Positions 33,085-44,803 of a stretch of DNA of 64,000 bases are shown piece by piece. The first letter of the stretch is position 1. Each line of letters opens with the position of its first letter. Under the pieces are notes generated by a model that did no database searches, was not told the origin of the DNA, and saw only the letters and a list, made by a program, of their open reading frames with translations. The position numbers were made by a program, and so were the translations under genes. Source of the DNA: Picochlorum sp. SENEW3 (taxonomy: Eukaryota); contig CP120461.1 in the NCBI GenBank assembly GCA_034226945.1, forward strand, positions 124,001 through 188,000, read 5' to 3'.

Positions 33085-34911
33085 TTAGTATCCAATTCTG
33101 CCATGTTCAAGGGCACATGCCTGGCCGTTCAGTGTGACTGCGTTTGGAGATGCGTTGCTGAGATTTGGGCCTTCGATGATGATTCCTATGTTTACTTCGG
33201 AGCCTGGTGCTATAGATAGCCATGATTCTGTGCCTTTTCCACGGATTGTTCCGGTATTTGTCAGTGATGGTTCCCAATTCCATGCTGAGAGAATTGCTGT
33301 GATGGGGTCTCCAGAGATTTCCAGATCCCAGCCACTCTTGATGGTGTCTGAGCCAGTGTTTGTGACAAAGACATTGTATACGCGGGCTGACGCTGTGGCT
33401 GTGGGCCAAATACCTGATTTTTCAATTCTGACAGAGCACGCTGCTGATGGATCTGTTGGAGGCAGGGGTGGAGGAGGTGGCGATGGTACTGTAGGTGGAG
33501 GAGGAGGTGGTGGCGATGGCACTGTAGGCGGAGGTGGAGGAGGTGGCACTGGCGATGGATCCGTTGGTGGTACTGGCAATGGTTCTGGTACAGGTGATGC
33601 CTTGTCATCTGACCTTGTGTACCATGGCTCTAATCCGAGATTGTTCTCAAGGTATTGCATCTTCCTCCACTCCAAATCGATCCAGTTATCTGTCACAAGA
33701 CCCCCTGTGTCTCCAGAGTTGGCATTCCAGCTCCAATAGAACCAGTTGGGAATGGCAACATGCCTACCATCCTTGGCTGGACCCTCATTGTTCAAGTAAT
33801 CTGCAAAGTCATTCATGAATGTAATATCATCTTCCATTTCAAACTTTGACCCAAATTCTCCGATAGCGATAGGGAAGATGATGCAGTCTCCATTGCTGTT
33901 GCAGTATCCTGGCTCTTGCGTCTTGGTGCCAAATGATGTGCTCAAGCGATAGAACAAGCCATCCCCTGTTGCATTGTTTGTGTTGAATGTCACGGACGAA
34001 GGATACACGTGGGGGCTTAACATTACTCTGTTTTTGTATGGCTTTGTCATGAAGCTATTGAAGAATGGCCTGGGATCGCCGAGTCCCAATTCTTCAATCC
34101 TTTCAGTGGCAAATCCATCTCCCCAGTTTGCAAACAACAGCCCTTGCTGAGTTCCTTCAACAGCATACATGACATTTGCTCCTGTGGCTTCAATTTGGTC
34201 CATAGCAAGCAAGTATAAATCGGTCATTTTGTCCCATGACACTCCATAATTGTCGGGCTCATTGAGGATGTCGACAATCAGCTTGCTCTCGACTTCTTTG
34301 TCGGCTGTCAGATCCTTGATCAAGTCAGCATATTTGGATGCCCATGCATCTACGTCCTCAAGAGCGGTCTGATCTTCTCGTAAATGATTATCAATCATCA
34401 CATAGAATCCATTCTTGGCATAAAATTCAACCACATACATGAAACGATCCCTGACCGAGTTCTTTGGGAGGTACCCATTGCATGTGTTGCCTGCGTAGGC
34501 TGACTTTGGTGGAGGATTCTCAAGTGCAGGAGGAGCTCCGAGGTTCTTGGTTCCCAAAGGCGCCACACTCTCAGCCAATACTTTATCGGTAGGGATGATG
34601 CAGTTCTGGCGTTCAAAATCACGGGGAGTCAGATCGAAATCCTTAAAGCTGAATGGCAGCCTCACAGCATTGAATCCCAAGAGCTTTTGCCTCCTGACCA
34701 CTGTGGCAAAATCTCCTGAGAGGGCATTATTACTCCACAGACCATCCAACATGGTCTGCCCATTATTGAAACCGAACCAGTTGAATCCTTTCAACGTGAC
34801 TTTGTTCCCTGATGAGTCTATTATTTTTGATCCTGAAGCCTTCAAGCCAGCAGCAAGGGGGCTTGTCACCATGACAACCAGCAACACGATTGCCGGCAGC
34901 GTGAGCTTCAT
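33085..34911 (-). CDS. Secreted GH5 endo-glucanase with Pro-rich linker and C-terminal CBM2/CBM49-like module
   Basis: Signal peptide; GFNWFGF, NAVRLPF, NEP (acid/base), SPHVYP, IGEFG (nucleophile), WSWNANSGDTGG; C-terminal Cys-bounded Trp-rich module. Confidence 0.9.
   Translation of the reverse strand: MKLTLPAIVLLVVMVTSPLAAGLKASGSKIIDSSGNKVTLKGFNWFGFNNGQTMLDGLWSNNALSGDFATVVRRQKLLGFNAVRLPFSFKDFDLTPRDFERQNCIIPTDKVLAESVAPLGTKNLGAPPALENPPPKSAYAGNTCNGYLPKNSVRDRFMYVVEFYAKNGFYVMIDNHLREDQTALEDVDAWASKYADLIKDLTADKEVESKLIVDILNEPDNYGVSWDKMTDLYLLAMDQIEATGANVMYAVEGTQQGLLFANWGDGFATERIEELGLGDPRPFFNSFMTKPYKNRVMLSPHVYPSSVTFNTNNATGDGLFYRLSTSFGTKTQEPGYCNSNGDCIIFPIAIGEFGSKFEMEDDITFMNDFADYLNNEGPAKDGRHVAIPNWFYWSWNANSGDTGGLVTDNWIDLEWRKMQYLENNLGLEPWYTRSDDKASPVPEPLPVPPTDPSPVPPPPPPPTVPSPPPPPPPTVPSPPPPPLPPTDPSAACSVRIEKSGIWPTATASARVYNVFVTNTGSDTIKSGWDLEISGDPITAILSAWNWEPSLTNTGTIRGKGTESWLSIAPGSEVNIGIIIEGPNLSNASPNAVTLNGQACALEHGRIGY
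33450..33595 (-). repeat. Coding low-complexity repeat (PPPPPPPTVPS)n in the GH5 linker
   Basis: GGA/GGT triplet runs on the plus strand. Confidence 0.85.
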
Positions 34912-35647
34912 CGCTGATAAATTTATTCAAGTATTGATTATTATTTGCTTCTGCATATCATTAGGAGGAAATAGCCCGTGAGTAAGGGGGGTGTTGATCA
35001 AGTGCAGCTGAGGTCAGAAGGGTTACTGGTGCCAAACTTGAAGAACCTTGCCGCTCTCGTGAGGGAGTTTCTATAATGTTTGGATTCACCAATCGTACCT
35101 TGAACAATGAAATATTACTATGAAAGGTGCGGCGTATGGACTGTAGGTATCACTTTCTCAAAATAGGCCCACACAAGCTGCATTCATCCATTCACTGGTT
35201 CACGTGACGATGACGTCTCAGGCGGCTACTTTCTGAATGGCGGCAGGGGTTTTCTGCTTTGATAACGGCCAAAGAATATACCATCTATAAATTTACAATT
35301 TGTTTCGGAGCATGAACATGTATATATGCGCGATCGAACTGCATTGTCCGCTCGAACTCTTGTGACTCGAACTGACGGTCAACGTTGACTGCGCAGTCAC
35401 TACTGGTCAGACAACGCGTTTGATCAAAATCACTCCAATGGCCACATGGGCTGGTCTACGTTTGACACTTGTTGGTAGATTCTGGTTACATGAGAATGTA
35501 GGGTAAAAGAATGTGCATAGTATACAAAATCCTGCTGCAACAAGGTACTGTATCAGTCAAATATACAAAATCCTGCTGCTCTTAAAAAGCAGGATACAAA
35601 CGCCCTAATTCGAAGTCCATGGAGAGGAAACTCCAACCAAGTGCGGG

Positions 35648-37402
35648 TTAGGCGAGTGTGCAAGCGACACCATTGAGTGTTGCCGAGTTTGGTTTGAGAC
35701 TCTGTGTTGGGCCACTGACAAGGAACCCCACATTGACCTCGCTGTTTGGGCGGATAGTCAGCCAACTGAGGGATCCAGTTCCGGTGAGAATATTATTGTT
35801 CAAAATAATATCCCAATTCCATGCCTGAAGTACATTTGAATAGGATGGGCCGCTCAATTGTAAGGTCCAAGGCGTTTGAATTTGGTTTCCAGAGAGATTC
35901 TTAATGAACAGGTTGAAGGATCCAGTATAACCTGCTCCATCTTGCCATATGTTTCCGATGTCAATTCTCACGGAGCATTCTGTATCGCCAGTCACGGGAA
36001 GAGATGGAGATGGAGTGGGTGATGGTGGCAATGGTGATGGTGATGGTGATGGTGATGGTGTTGATGGAGATGGAGATGGAGATTGAGTAGGAGATGGTGG
36101 CAATGGATTTGAAGGGCCTGTATCTCTACTGCTCCAGGGCTCAAGACCAATGGTTGTCAAGTAATCGATCTTATTCCATTGAATTGATACCCAACTGTCG
36201 TCTACAAGACCTCCTGTATCACCGGAGTTGGCATTCCAGCTCCAATAAAACCAATTGTCGATGGGATTGTGCCTTCCATCGTCAGCAGACCCTCGATTGT
36301 TCAAATATCTCGCAAAGTCCTTCATTGAAGTGAGATCAATCTGCTGAGCAAACTTGGAACCGAATTCTCCAATGGCGACAGGAAACTTTTGGCACTTGGA
36401 TCCATCACAATATCCCTGTGTCATTTTTGTGCCAAAAGATGTGCTCAATCGGTCGTACAAGGCATCTCCAGTCACAGCATTATAGTTGTATGTGACGGAG
36501 GGAGGATACACATGTGGACTCAAAATGACTCGATTTTTGTATGGTTTTGACAGGAGAGAATTGAAAAATTGCCTCGGATCACTCAATCCTAAACTCTCAA
36601 TTCGTTCAGTAGCAAATCCATCTCCCCAGTTTACTTGGAGCCCAGACTGGCCTGTGCCCTCAATAGCAAAAATTGTCCCAGGCGACTTTGCTTCAATTGC
36701 ATCCATTGCTGTGAGATACATGTCACCCAGCCGAGACCATTGGAGACCATAATTATCTGGCTCATTCAAAAGATCAACGATCAGTTTGTCTTTCAAATTC
36801 GAGTCTTTTGACAGATCTCTGACGAGGTCAGCCCACTTTTGACTCCAACCAGTGACATCCTCCAGAGCTGTCTGATCTTCCCTCAGGTGATTATCGACCA
36901 TGACATAAAATCCATTCTTCGCAAAGAATTTCGCAACCCAAATGAATCTGTCTCGAGTACTTGTATTTGGAAGGTATCCATTGCAGACATTACGAGAGTA
37001 GTTCGGTGGGCTGGGCAGGTCTGGGGCAGCACCTGGACTGGAACTCCCTGGAGGAGTCACGCTCTCAGCAACTGCTTGATCAGATGGTGGAGAGCAATTC
37101 TGAATTACAAATGACCTCGGATTTTTGTCCAAGTCTTTGAAACTGAATGGTAATCGAACTCCATTGAATCCCAAGAGCTTTTGTCTCCTCACAACCGTGG
37201 CAAAATCACCTGATAATGGATCATTACTCCACAAACCATCCACCATGGTTTGGCCGTTATTGAATCCAAACCAGTTGAATCCCTTGATCTTCACCACATT
37301 CCCATTCGTATCTACAATATTGGACCCTTCGAGTTTGACCGCGAAAGAAAATTCCGAAATGTATCCCAGAAGGAGGAATCCCAAAATGATGGAGCGCCTC
37401 AT
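35648..37402 (-). CDS. Second GH5 endo-glucanase paralog with (SP)n linker and CBM-like module
   Basis: Same motif set as 33085-34911; clearly paralogous but well diverged. Confidence 0.9.
   Translation of the reverse strand: MRRSIILGFLLLGYISEFSFAVKLEGSNIVDTNGNVVKIKGFNWFGFNNGQTMVDGLWSNDPLSGDFATVVRRQKLLGFNGVRLPFSFKDLDKNPRSFVIQNCSPPSDQAVAESVTPPGSSSPGAAPDLPSPPNYSRNVCNGYLPNTSTRDRFIWVAKFFAKNGFYVMVDNHLREDQTALEDVTGWSQKWADLVRDLSKDSNLKDKLIVDLLNEPDNYGLQWSRLGDMYLTAMDAIEAKSPGTIFAIEGTGQSGLQVNWGDGFATERIESLGLSDPRQFFNSLLSKPYKNRVILSPHVYPPSVTYNYNAVTGDALYDRLSTSFGTKMTQGYCDGSKCQKFPVAIGEFGSKFAQQIDLTSMKDFARYLNNRGSADDGRHNPIDNWFYWSWNANSGDTGGLVDDSWVSIQWNKIDYLTTIGLEPWSSRDTGPSNPLPPSPTQSPSPSPSTPSPSPSPSPLPPSPTPSPSLPVTGDTECSVRIDIGNIWQDGAGYTGSFNLFIKNLSGNQIQTPWTLQLSGPSYSNVLQAWNWDIILNNNILTGTGSLSWLTIRPNSEVNVGFLVSGPTQSLKPNSATLNGVACTLA
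36001..36105 (-). repeat. Coding hexamer repeat (GATGGA/GATGGT)n encoding a Ser-Pro linker
   Basis: Visible tandem hexamers. Confidence 0.85.
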
Positions 37403-37961
37403 GAGGATATAGCTTCTCTGATAGCTTCCCGTTGACGCGTGCTGCTCTGGCGTTTAAATATTTCTATGAATCACAAAGTACAGAGCCATTCAAACTTGTG
37501 TAATGATTACATGAATTCCAATATACGACTGCCAAAGGCCTTGCCCACTGACGGCATTGGACACGAGTCTACGGTGAAGTCAAAGACGTACCTCGTTCGC
37601 GTGTGTCGAATACGCCGTATTCTAGTTCAAAAGATCCAAACTTGTCCAAAGACGTATTCTTTTCAAAAATCAAGGCAATTTAGGAGATTTATTAAATGAA
37701 TTCGTATGGACGCATGCCCAGAACTTGTCATGTGACCATAGTCCATACATACATCCGCGGTCCTCCGCGGCTCCACAGATGGCGATTGCAGACGGATGCA
37801 CCAGCATGCCATGTCCAAAAAGGTGATGGATGGCTCCATTTTCCAAGAGCAACAATACACAGTCTGTCTCGCACAAGAGGTTAAAAATAAGTTCTACCAA
37901 CCTGCGCAGAATCTATTGAATCCTTGTATTCGCACGCATTGCGTTCTCGATTTCCTAATGA

Positions 37962-38567
37962 TTATAAGGAATCATCACTACTTCGGAAATCATGTTCCCG
38001 TGGGACATCTATTGCTGTCGTAGAATCAATTGATTGAGCAATCCGCGCACGTTCCCACTCTTCCCGGAATTTTGAAGACGTCACAAGCAATACAGGCCAC
38101 ATAATTGCCATTCTCCACCGATGCTGCTCTTTGTAATGGGTCGAATCGTACAGTCTCAGAAACTCTCTGGTCTTTCCAAACCAAAGCCACACAGCTCCCA
38201 CAACTGCAAGTGTCGGCACAACACCAAATCCATTTGCATGTCTATGATGAACACCTGTTGCTCCAGGTCTCATGACTGTCACACTTTCAGAAAAATACGT
38301 CCTACCATGTGCATTCTCATTTCTATACTCTCTTTTATAGGTCTGACTTGGCTCTTCAACCGAAATGCGCTCCATGGCCTCATCCATTCTCCTCTGCATA
38401 CTCTCCATTTCCTCTTCTATGGTTCTAAAATGATCAACAAAAGGCTCCAGTCTCTCGTATTGTCGAGGAGGAAGAGCAAAGGCATGGTGTTCTCTGAGTG
38501 TCCTCCGACCACCCTCCAGGCCTACCACGCTGCCTCCTCGGTATCCATGTATTCTCAAATGTGACAT
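37962..38567 (-). CDS. Hypothetical protein with coiled coil and C-terminal hydrophobic segments
   Basis: 201-aa ATG ORF filling the intergenic space; no family recognised. Confidence 0.6.
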   Translation of the reverse strand: MSHLRIHGYRGGSVVGLEGGRRTLREHHAFALPPRQYERLEPFVDHFRTIEEEMESMQRRMDEAMERISVEEPSQTYKREYRNENAHGRTYFSESVTVMRPGATGVHHRHANGFGVVPTLAVVGAVWLWFGKTREFLRLYDSTHYKEQHRWRMAIMWPVLLVTSSKFREEWERARIAQSIDSTTAIDVPREHDFRSSDDSL

Positions 38568-38778
38568 TCGTACTACAGCGCTATATATACACTCAAGGGA
38601 TGCTGCTAGAGCAACTTGGGAAGAAGTGACAAATTCTAGAACAAGCCCAAGGCTATGGCGATTTCATCCCACCTCACCCTCTCCTGTACTACCAAATGAA
38701 TATAAAAACAATATATTTCGTGTCTTACATACTAGAAGTATCATGCAATAACAATGCCACACTCGCATGAAAGAAGAA

Positions 38779-40515
38779 TCAGAGCCACGTGGCATTGGAC
38801 CTCTGGGTCAACAAGTCATGGATTGTCCTTTGCAAATCCCGTACATCGCTAGCCAAGGCATCCTGACGGTCCATGAGCTGCTTCATCATATCATTTGTCT
38901 TCTGCTGTTGCTCCTCAAACATTGTCACCATGTCCAAATGCAGCGCCAGGATGGTGTCTCTGATGGATGCCGAGTCACCTTGAGTGTCCAGCGTGTCTCC
39001 TGCATCTTTCATCCGAGTATGTGTATTCAATGCGATCGATGGTTTTGTATGTTTCTTATTCTGATCATTTGATACAACAGTAGGGTCTTGTGTACTCGAT
39101 GAGGTTGGTGTGTCACTGGGTTGGAGTCCACCAGCTCGAATTCTCCAAGGTTCTGACCCTCGGGAAGCAACAGAGGCGCGTCTTTCTACTTCATCGCGGC
39201 GTTCCAATGAAGAAGATACAAGTTTCTGTTGTACATCGTTCGATACAGACGGTGATGCCACTTCGCTCAATGGTTGTCGAGTTTGCTGAGATGCATACTC
39301 CCTGCTCTGTGCAATCTCTACCCCATGAGCACTGTGTCGCTCATGTGCATCGACCAGAGGCGATACGCGCGAGCGAGGTGTTCTTTGAGGTCGCACAACT
39401 TCACTCTCTAGACGTTGCACACGCTCGTATGCATGCAGTGGCAAATTGTGATACGAGTGCTGCCAGCTCACATCCAAAATTGGACAGTCTGTGTCACTAT
39501 TTTCTGTGCCGTGCCCGCAATACAGCGTATGCAGAGGCTTTTTGGAAGCCAACCCAGCCTCAAACAGCAATACATTCCCGTCAGAAGTTCCAACAGCAAC
39601 ATGTCCAGTCTGTTCATGGATGCTCAAGGATGAAACTCCACTATGCACACTTGTCATGGCCGTTGGAGACGCAATTGAAGAGGCACATCTCAAATCTTGC
39701 ATTTTCAGCAACCCATCAATCCCCGCAGAATACAAAAGGAAGGGTTCCAAGGGAGCCAGTGCCACCTTGCATGGACCTTTGTGCATGTGTCTAAACTTGT
39801 CACATGCAATGATTGTTTCCGTTGTGTAATCCCAGACACAAACCACACCATTTCTATCACTTCCTGCTGCCATGTAAGGCTTTCCCGTACCAATTGAAAT
39901 ACTAGGAAAGCAAATATCACTCTGCACGGCTGAGGATGCTGGGCACACACAAGAGCCTAGACTTTCCTCCATCCTCAACGAGTACAACTTTACTTCACGA
40001 CCAGAAACCGCTAGAAACCGATCCTCAGGGTGGTGAGCTACGCCGAACATCACGCTGGGATCTTCTAGGTCGTGGGATTTGCACATCTTTTTGGTCATAT
40101 CATGAATGCATACAGTGCCTCGACTGCCCACCGCCAACGTTTTCGACCCAGTACTCCACGACAAGCTACTCACTTTATCATTCTCTACGCTATCCGTTTT
40201 CAGCGTGCTCATATACGTCCCATTCGCGTATCGGATTTGAACCTGCCCATTCTCCAGACCAACAGCAACCACTTTGTTATTCCTGTTCCAACTGACTGCC
40301 GTCGCAGACAACCCCAAATCCACCTGTACAAGATTCTTGGCATCATCACGAGAAGCTTCGCGTGTTTCAGAAAGACGCGTGGTTCCCCCCACATGACCGC
40401 CGGGGGCTGTCGAAAGCAACTGACCGACGGTGTGGGTCCACACACGAAGCGACGTTCCGGCACAAACAGCCAGACTATTCGCTGGATAATCCCCTTTTGG
40501 TCCTATCTCTGACAT
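38779..40515 (-). CDS. NEDD1: WD40 protein, NEDD1/GCP-WD-like
   Basis: N-terminal WD40 repeats, disordered linker, and C-terminal helix IRDTILALHLDMVTMFEEQ plus coiled coil resembling the NEDD1 gamma-tubulin-binding tail. Confidence 0.7.
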   Translation of the reverse strand: MSEIGPKGDYPANSLAVCAGTSLRVWTHTVGQLLSTAPGGHVGGTTRLSETREASRDDAKNLVQVDLGLSATAVSWNRNNKVVAVGLENGQVQIRYANGTYMSTLKTDSVENDKVSSLSWSTGSKTLAVGSRGTVCIHDMTKKMCKSHDLEDPSVMFGVAHHPEDRFLAVSGREVKLYSLRMEESLGSCVCPASSAVQSDICFPSISIGTGKPYMAAGSDRNGVVCVWDYTTETIIACDKFRHMHKGPCKVALAPLEPFLLYSAGIDGLLKMQDLRCASSIASPTAMTSVHSGVSSLSIHEQTGHVAVGTSDGNVLLFEAGLASKKPLHTLYCGHGTENSDTDCPILDVSWQHSYHNLPLHAYERVQRLESEVVRPQRTPRSRVSPLVDAHERHSAHGVEIAQSREYASQQTRQPLSEVASPSVSNDVQQKLVSSSLERRDEVERRASVASRGSEPWRIRAGGLQPSDTPTSSSTQDPTVVSNDQNKKHTKPSIALNTHTRMKDAGDTLDTQGDSASIRDTILALHLDMVTMFEEQQQKTNDMMKQLMDRQDALASDVRDLQRTIHDLLTQRSNATWL

Positions 40516-40851
40516 TATTTAATATCTATCTATTCAAACTGACATTCAATCCTTCTCAGAGTATCTGTCAAATTTTCCCGCCTTGGAATCACAGGTGTCG
40601 TCAGGAAACAACTGATTCCTTCTTCAGCGCACTATTTGAGTATATGACGGTTTTACTAATGATATTTTGACAATAAAGCATCTGCTATGGCTGTGCCAAT
40701 AGTCAACTGTGATGAGCAAGGTTGGAAACACGATTTGAAAAGGTGGCGCTCAAAAAATCTGACAGATGTGGCATCTGCTGTTTTCTCTTCCCTACCATGA
40801 CGCTTTCCTTGGTGCCAATATTTAAATATATACTACTATCAATCAACGACG

Positions 40852-41259
40852 ATGGATGTAAATAAAGAAGAGCAGACGGCGCATTGGGATGAGTCCAAAG
40901 CCTCTTTGGAACAATTGAGAAGGTCGCTAGAAACATTCTCAGCAGAGCGAGAGTGGGATAGGTTTCACACGCCTCGAAATCTATTACTTGCCATGGTTGG
41001 AGAAGTAGGGGAGTTGTCTGAAATCTTTCAATGGAAGGCGGATGATCAGTGTTCTCCAGGGCTTGCTGGTTTTTCTGCAGAAGAAAAATGTCACCTCGGT
41101 GAAGAGCTTGCAGACGTGCTTTTATACTTGATACGGCTTTCGGATCGGTGTGGGGTTGATTTAGGCGCTGCTGCGGTTGACAAGATGCGGAAGAATGCGA
41201 TAAAGTACCCAGCGAAAGAATGCAAAGGCAGGTCTGATAAATACACTGCATACAATTGA
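40852..41259 (+). CDS. DCTPP1: dCTP pyrophosphatase 1 (MazG-like)
   Basis: ERGW-type EREWDRFHTPRNLLLAMVGEVGELSEIFQW, EELADVLLYL and KNAIKYP motifs. Confidence 0.93.
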   Translation: MDVNKEEQTAHWDESKASLEQLRRSLETFSAEREWDRFHTPRNLLLAMVGEVGELSEIFQWKADDQCSPGLAGFSAEEKCHLGEELADVLLYLIRLSDRCGVDLGAAAVDKMRKNAIKYPAKECKGRSDKYTAYN

Positions 41260-41261
41260 TT

Positions 41262-42667
41262 TTACACGCTCGAGTTCTTCCATGGTGTTAGTAGAGTATT
41301 GAATACAATTTGCCACAAGTTTCGATTCATTTCGTCTGCGCAGACGCCGTCTTCTGTTGACATGATGCGCTCGACATTGCCAACTGGCATTTGTGGGACT
41401 GGTTCCCCAAACTCATTTACCCCATTGCTGTGGTCAACACGAAGGAGGTCGCAATTGGCGCATGATGTGCGCCAGCCAATCGAGCACATATAATGCCAGT
41501 TGTTATCTGCGCCACCGGGTGGCGTATGTTTTGAGAGAGAGATTCCGTCATAGTCTAGGAATGCAAATGGCTCCCCCTTGGACTCAACCCATCCCTTCAT
41601 GAACGTGTTTCTTGCGATATACATCTCTCGTTTCTCCTTGCTCACCACCCTAACTGTTGGAACGCTGATGATAAATACTTTCCTCACACTTGGGGCAACG
41701 TCGCTGAGCATGGTAAGGTACTCCTCCGGTACCTCCTCACCATTCTGCCAATATGCCACCGAGATGAGCAGTACAGGCTTGACTCCTGGGGGCAAACTTT
41801 TCAGATATGCAGGAATGGATTCAATTTGATTCACAAAGCGAGGAAGATGCAAATAGTTCAGATGAACAGGTGCTCTTGAGCACTTTGCCATGGCTGTCTC
41901 AGCCATGAGGGTCCCAGGGCCAGATGTTGTTCGGAAAAAAGAGGGAATCTTGGCCAAAAGATGCCCATCATTTGGCGCTACAGACGATTCATTGGATACA
42001 CTTGTGGATATTCGAAACATATCAGCTTCTCTACAAACCAAATACTGCGCATGTGCGTGTTGATGGTAATCAATAAGCCTTTTCTGTCCACGAATCATCA
42101 TCACCAATCTCAAGAAAAACTGTCTCATCATGGAGTCTCCCATTACTGCAATTGGACTCCCGCGGGAATGCAAATAATGTAGTAACTGCCCTCTCCCAAG
42201 TTCTTCGTATTTGCAAGTACTATCTGTTGGCTGATATGAATATCTGTCATTCTTGCGACCTCGTACAGGTCCAATATTAATGAAATCACCCTCATGATCA
42301 GATCTGCAACAGCGCTCTCCACATGGTTTTGGACCATGTCTCACTGTTGACATGAATGGGTCTTGGCAACCCTTGGAGGGCACTCTAGAGTATTCGAATT
42401 CCCCAGATTCTGGGAAAACACATGGCATCTCCTGCAGTAGCACAATAAAGATATGATTGTCAGTATGGGTCACAACCAACCAACACGTCACCAACGTACC
42501 ACTTGAATGTCGAAATTACAAGGAGATGGATGGCAGTGTCGTCTACGAATATCAATGTCGCCAAATAGGCAGGACGAGGGCTTGTAAGAGACGCACTGCT
42601 CAGCCTTGGTCTTGACAGACAGCGCTGCGACCAACAGTATACACAGCAACACCCTCGCATTTCCCAT
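41262..42667 (-). CDS. Secreted or Golgi SGNH-like (PC-esterase/TBL-like) acyl esterase or transferase, 2 exons
   Basis: Signal peptide in exon 1, Cys-rich N-terminal region, VMGDSMMRQ (GDS motif) and distal DNNWHY (Asp/His). Confidence 0.6.
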
Positions 42668-43243
42668 TTTATATCTTTGTATCATAGTCTTGCTATATAA
42701 TGAATGAAATACTGTAGAAAAAGGCAGCGTGGTGCTCAGACAACAAGTTCGTTGCTACCTCCCACTACTTGCTGCCGTGGCAGAGTTTTGATAGTGCGTT
42801 AACTCTGCTGAGAATACAATTAAAATATACTAATATAGTAGTAATCCAAGGAAATGCAGCGCTGCTGGTTCTCCCACGCAACGTCTATTTGGAGTTGAAG
42901 AGATCCCTTCCCAGACACCAGGCACCGGTAGAATGGAAGCACGCACGAACTCTGGATCGGACACAATTTTCAGTCTTTAGTATACTAATGTAATTAAAAG
43001 GTAATTGCTTTTGATCGGTTTGTTCACTGATCATCTAGGCTTGACTCGCCCATCCGATCTGGCACTGGCTTTTTAATGTTTTATATACGGAGTTTTGCTT
43101 GCCGAAGCTCGGCATTGGTTCTTTGGTTTGAAATCGCAGACCAAGCACTCCAGGATTGGATACTAATACTTTTATTAGATCCTGTAAAGTCGATAGAATC
43201 AATATGGAATCGCTATAACGGATACATACGTTGTGAAACAAGC

Positions 43244-43858
43244 ATGAATCCTTTGACTCAGATTAGGAATACTCAATTGGCTACTAGGCGAGAAATTGAG
43301 CTTGGATTGGACGAGAAAGGATCTTGGCATGATAGATATAAACATTCTGCATACGTCTATGCTGGTGGACTCTCGTATGAGCTGACTGAAGGGGATGTGT
43401 TGGCTGTGTTCAGTCAGTATGGAGAGATTGTCGATGTGCATCTGGTGCGGGATAAGAAGACGAAAAAGTCGCGTGGTTTTGCATTCTTAGCGTACGAAGA
43501 TCAGCGATCAACCGTTCTAGCTGTGGATAATTTGAGTGGGTCTCGCGTGGCGGGAAGAATAATCAGAGTGGAACACGTCGATAATTATAGGAAACAAAAG
43601 GCTGAGATGGAAGGAGAGGAGTACACATCCGATGCTGATGTTGATGATCAACGCATTATAGTTGAACAAGCCCCAGAGGAGGATGTGATTGAGCATAGAA
43701 GAGAGCAAGATATAATAGAGGAAAAAAATGAACCTAGCAGGAGTAAAAAGCCAGCTGTTCCATCCTGGAGAGATTTAGTTGCTCGTCGAGAACAAGCATT
43801 AGAGCAAGAAAAAGAAAAGGAAAAGAAGAAGAAGAAAAAGAGGAGAAGGAGAGACTAG
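43244..43858 (+). CDS. RBMX2: RRM protein RBMX2/Snu17 (RES complex)
   Basis: MNPLTQI...SWHDRYKHSAYVYAGGL...SRGFAFLAYEDQRSTVLAVDNL...IRVEHV. Confidence 0.93.
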   Translation: MNPLTQIRNTQLATRREIELGLDEKGSWHDRYKHSAYVYAGGLSYELTEGDVLAVFSQYGEIVDVHLVRDKKTKKSRGFAFLAYEDQRSTVLAVDNLSGSRVAGRIIRVEHVDNYRKQKAEMEGEEYTSDADVDDQRIIVEQAPEEDVIEHRREQDIIEEKNEPSRSKKPAVPSWRDLVARREQALEQEKEKEKKKKKKRRRRD

Positions 43859-43877
43859 TACATGTATTACAATAGTA

Positions 43878-44803
43878 TCAAGTGTATTTCTTGGCTCTTT
43901 CTTGTCTGGTCCCAATACTTGTCCTAACGCATTGCCTAAAGTCCTCACCCTCATATCCCAACATGCCACCCACGACAACATCTTCGACCAAAGAAGCGTC
44001 AGCTTCTTCAATGGCATCTCCATCCTGAATTGGCAGCACAAGCCGAGCAATAGCATCCACAGCAAGGCTTGCCTGATCCTGAAGAGGACCTTTTGGTATG
44101 TCAGAAATGTAGGTATATTTACTCGTCTTCTCCTTGTATTCCCCAAGGAATCTCTCCATTTCAAACTCGATATCTTGCCTGCATATTCACAATACATACC
44201 GTGTTTGAGCATGAACAAATGACCACTGGCAGAGATGATGAGACACCATCTCTCCTTATCCTCAGGAATGCAATGCCAACAAAGTTGGATATATAGATAT
44301 ATAGAAACGTACGACACTCTAACTCTCCTAGCAGAATCTACAATCAACTTGTCCGACACGATACCACAGCCTTCCTTGACCATCCAAAGCACGAGCAGCA
44401 CATAACGCCTCTGAGCACAATCCCCATATTTAGATTGAAGATCAGCAAGAGCTATCTGAAATCCCTCTGGCGCTGCCTCATACACCATTCTACAGTATTC
44501 AGGATACGCGCAGTCATCATTCCCAACGCCTCCTTCAGCTGACGTTAATCTAGAAAGCAATCCAACCACTGGCAGTGCACCCTGAACAGTTTTCAACAGT
44601 CTCCCAATGCCAGAGTTCTTGTTGTCGCCATTCCCACCGTCTGGTACAGTCGATTGACATTTTATGGTCATTGAGGCATCGCCATAACGAACGTGAGACC
44701 TATCTTGGCGACGATGGAAAACGTGCTGAACATTCTTCCTGCTGCCAGGTGAGGAGACACTGGGAAATGATCTCACTCCCCTTTCAGCATGCAACGACGA
44801 CAT
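43878..44803 (-). CDS. PSA3: Photosystem I assembly factor PSA3-like (intron 44179-44312)
   Basis: Transit peptide; LPVVGLLSRL...GGVG...YPEYC...YVLLVLW...ARRVRVS|QDIEFE after splicing. Confidence 0.75.
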
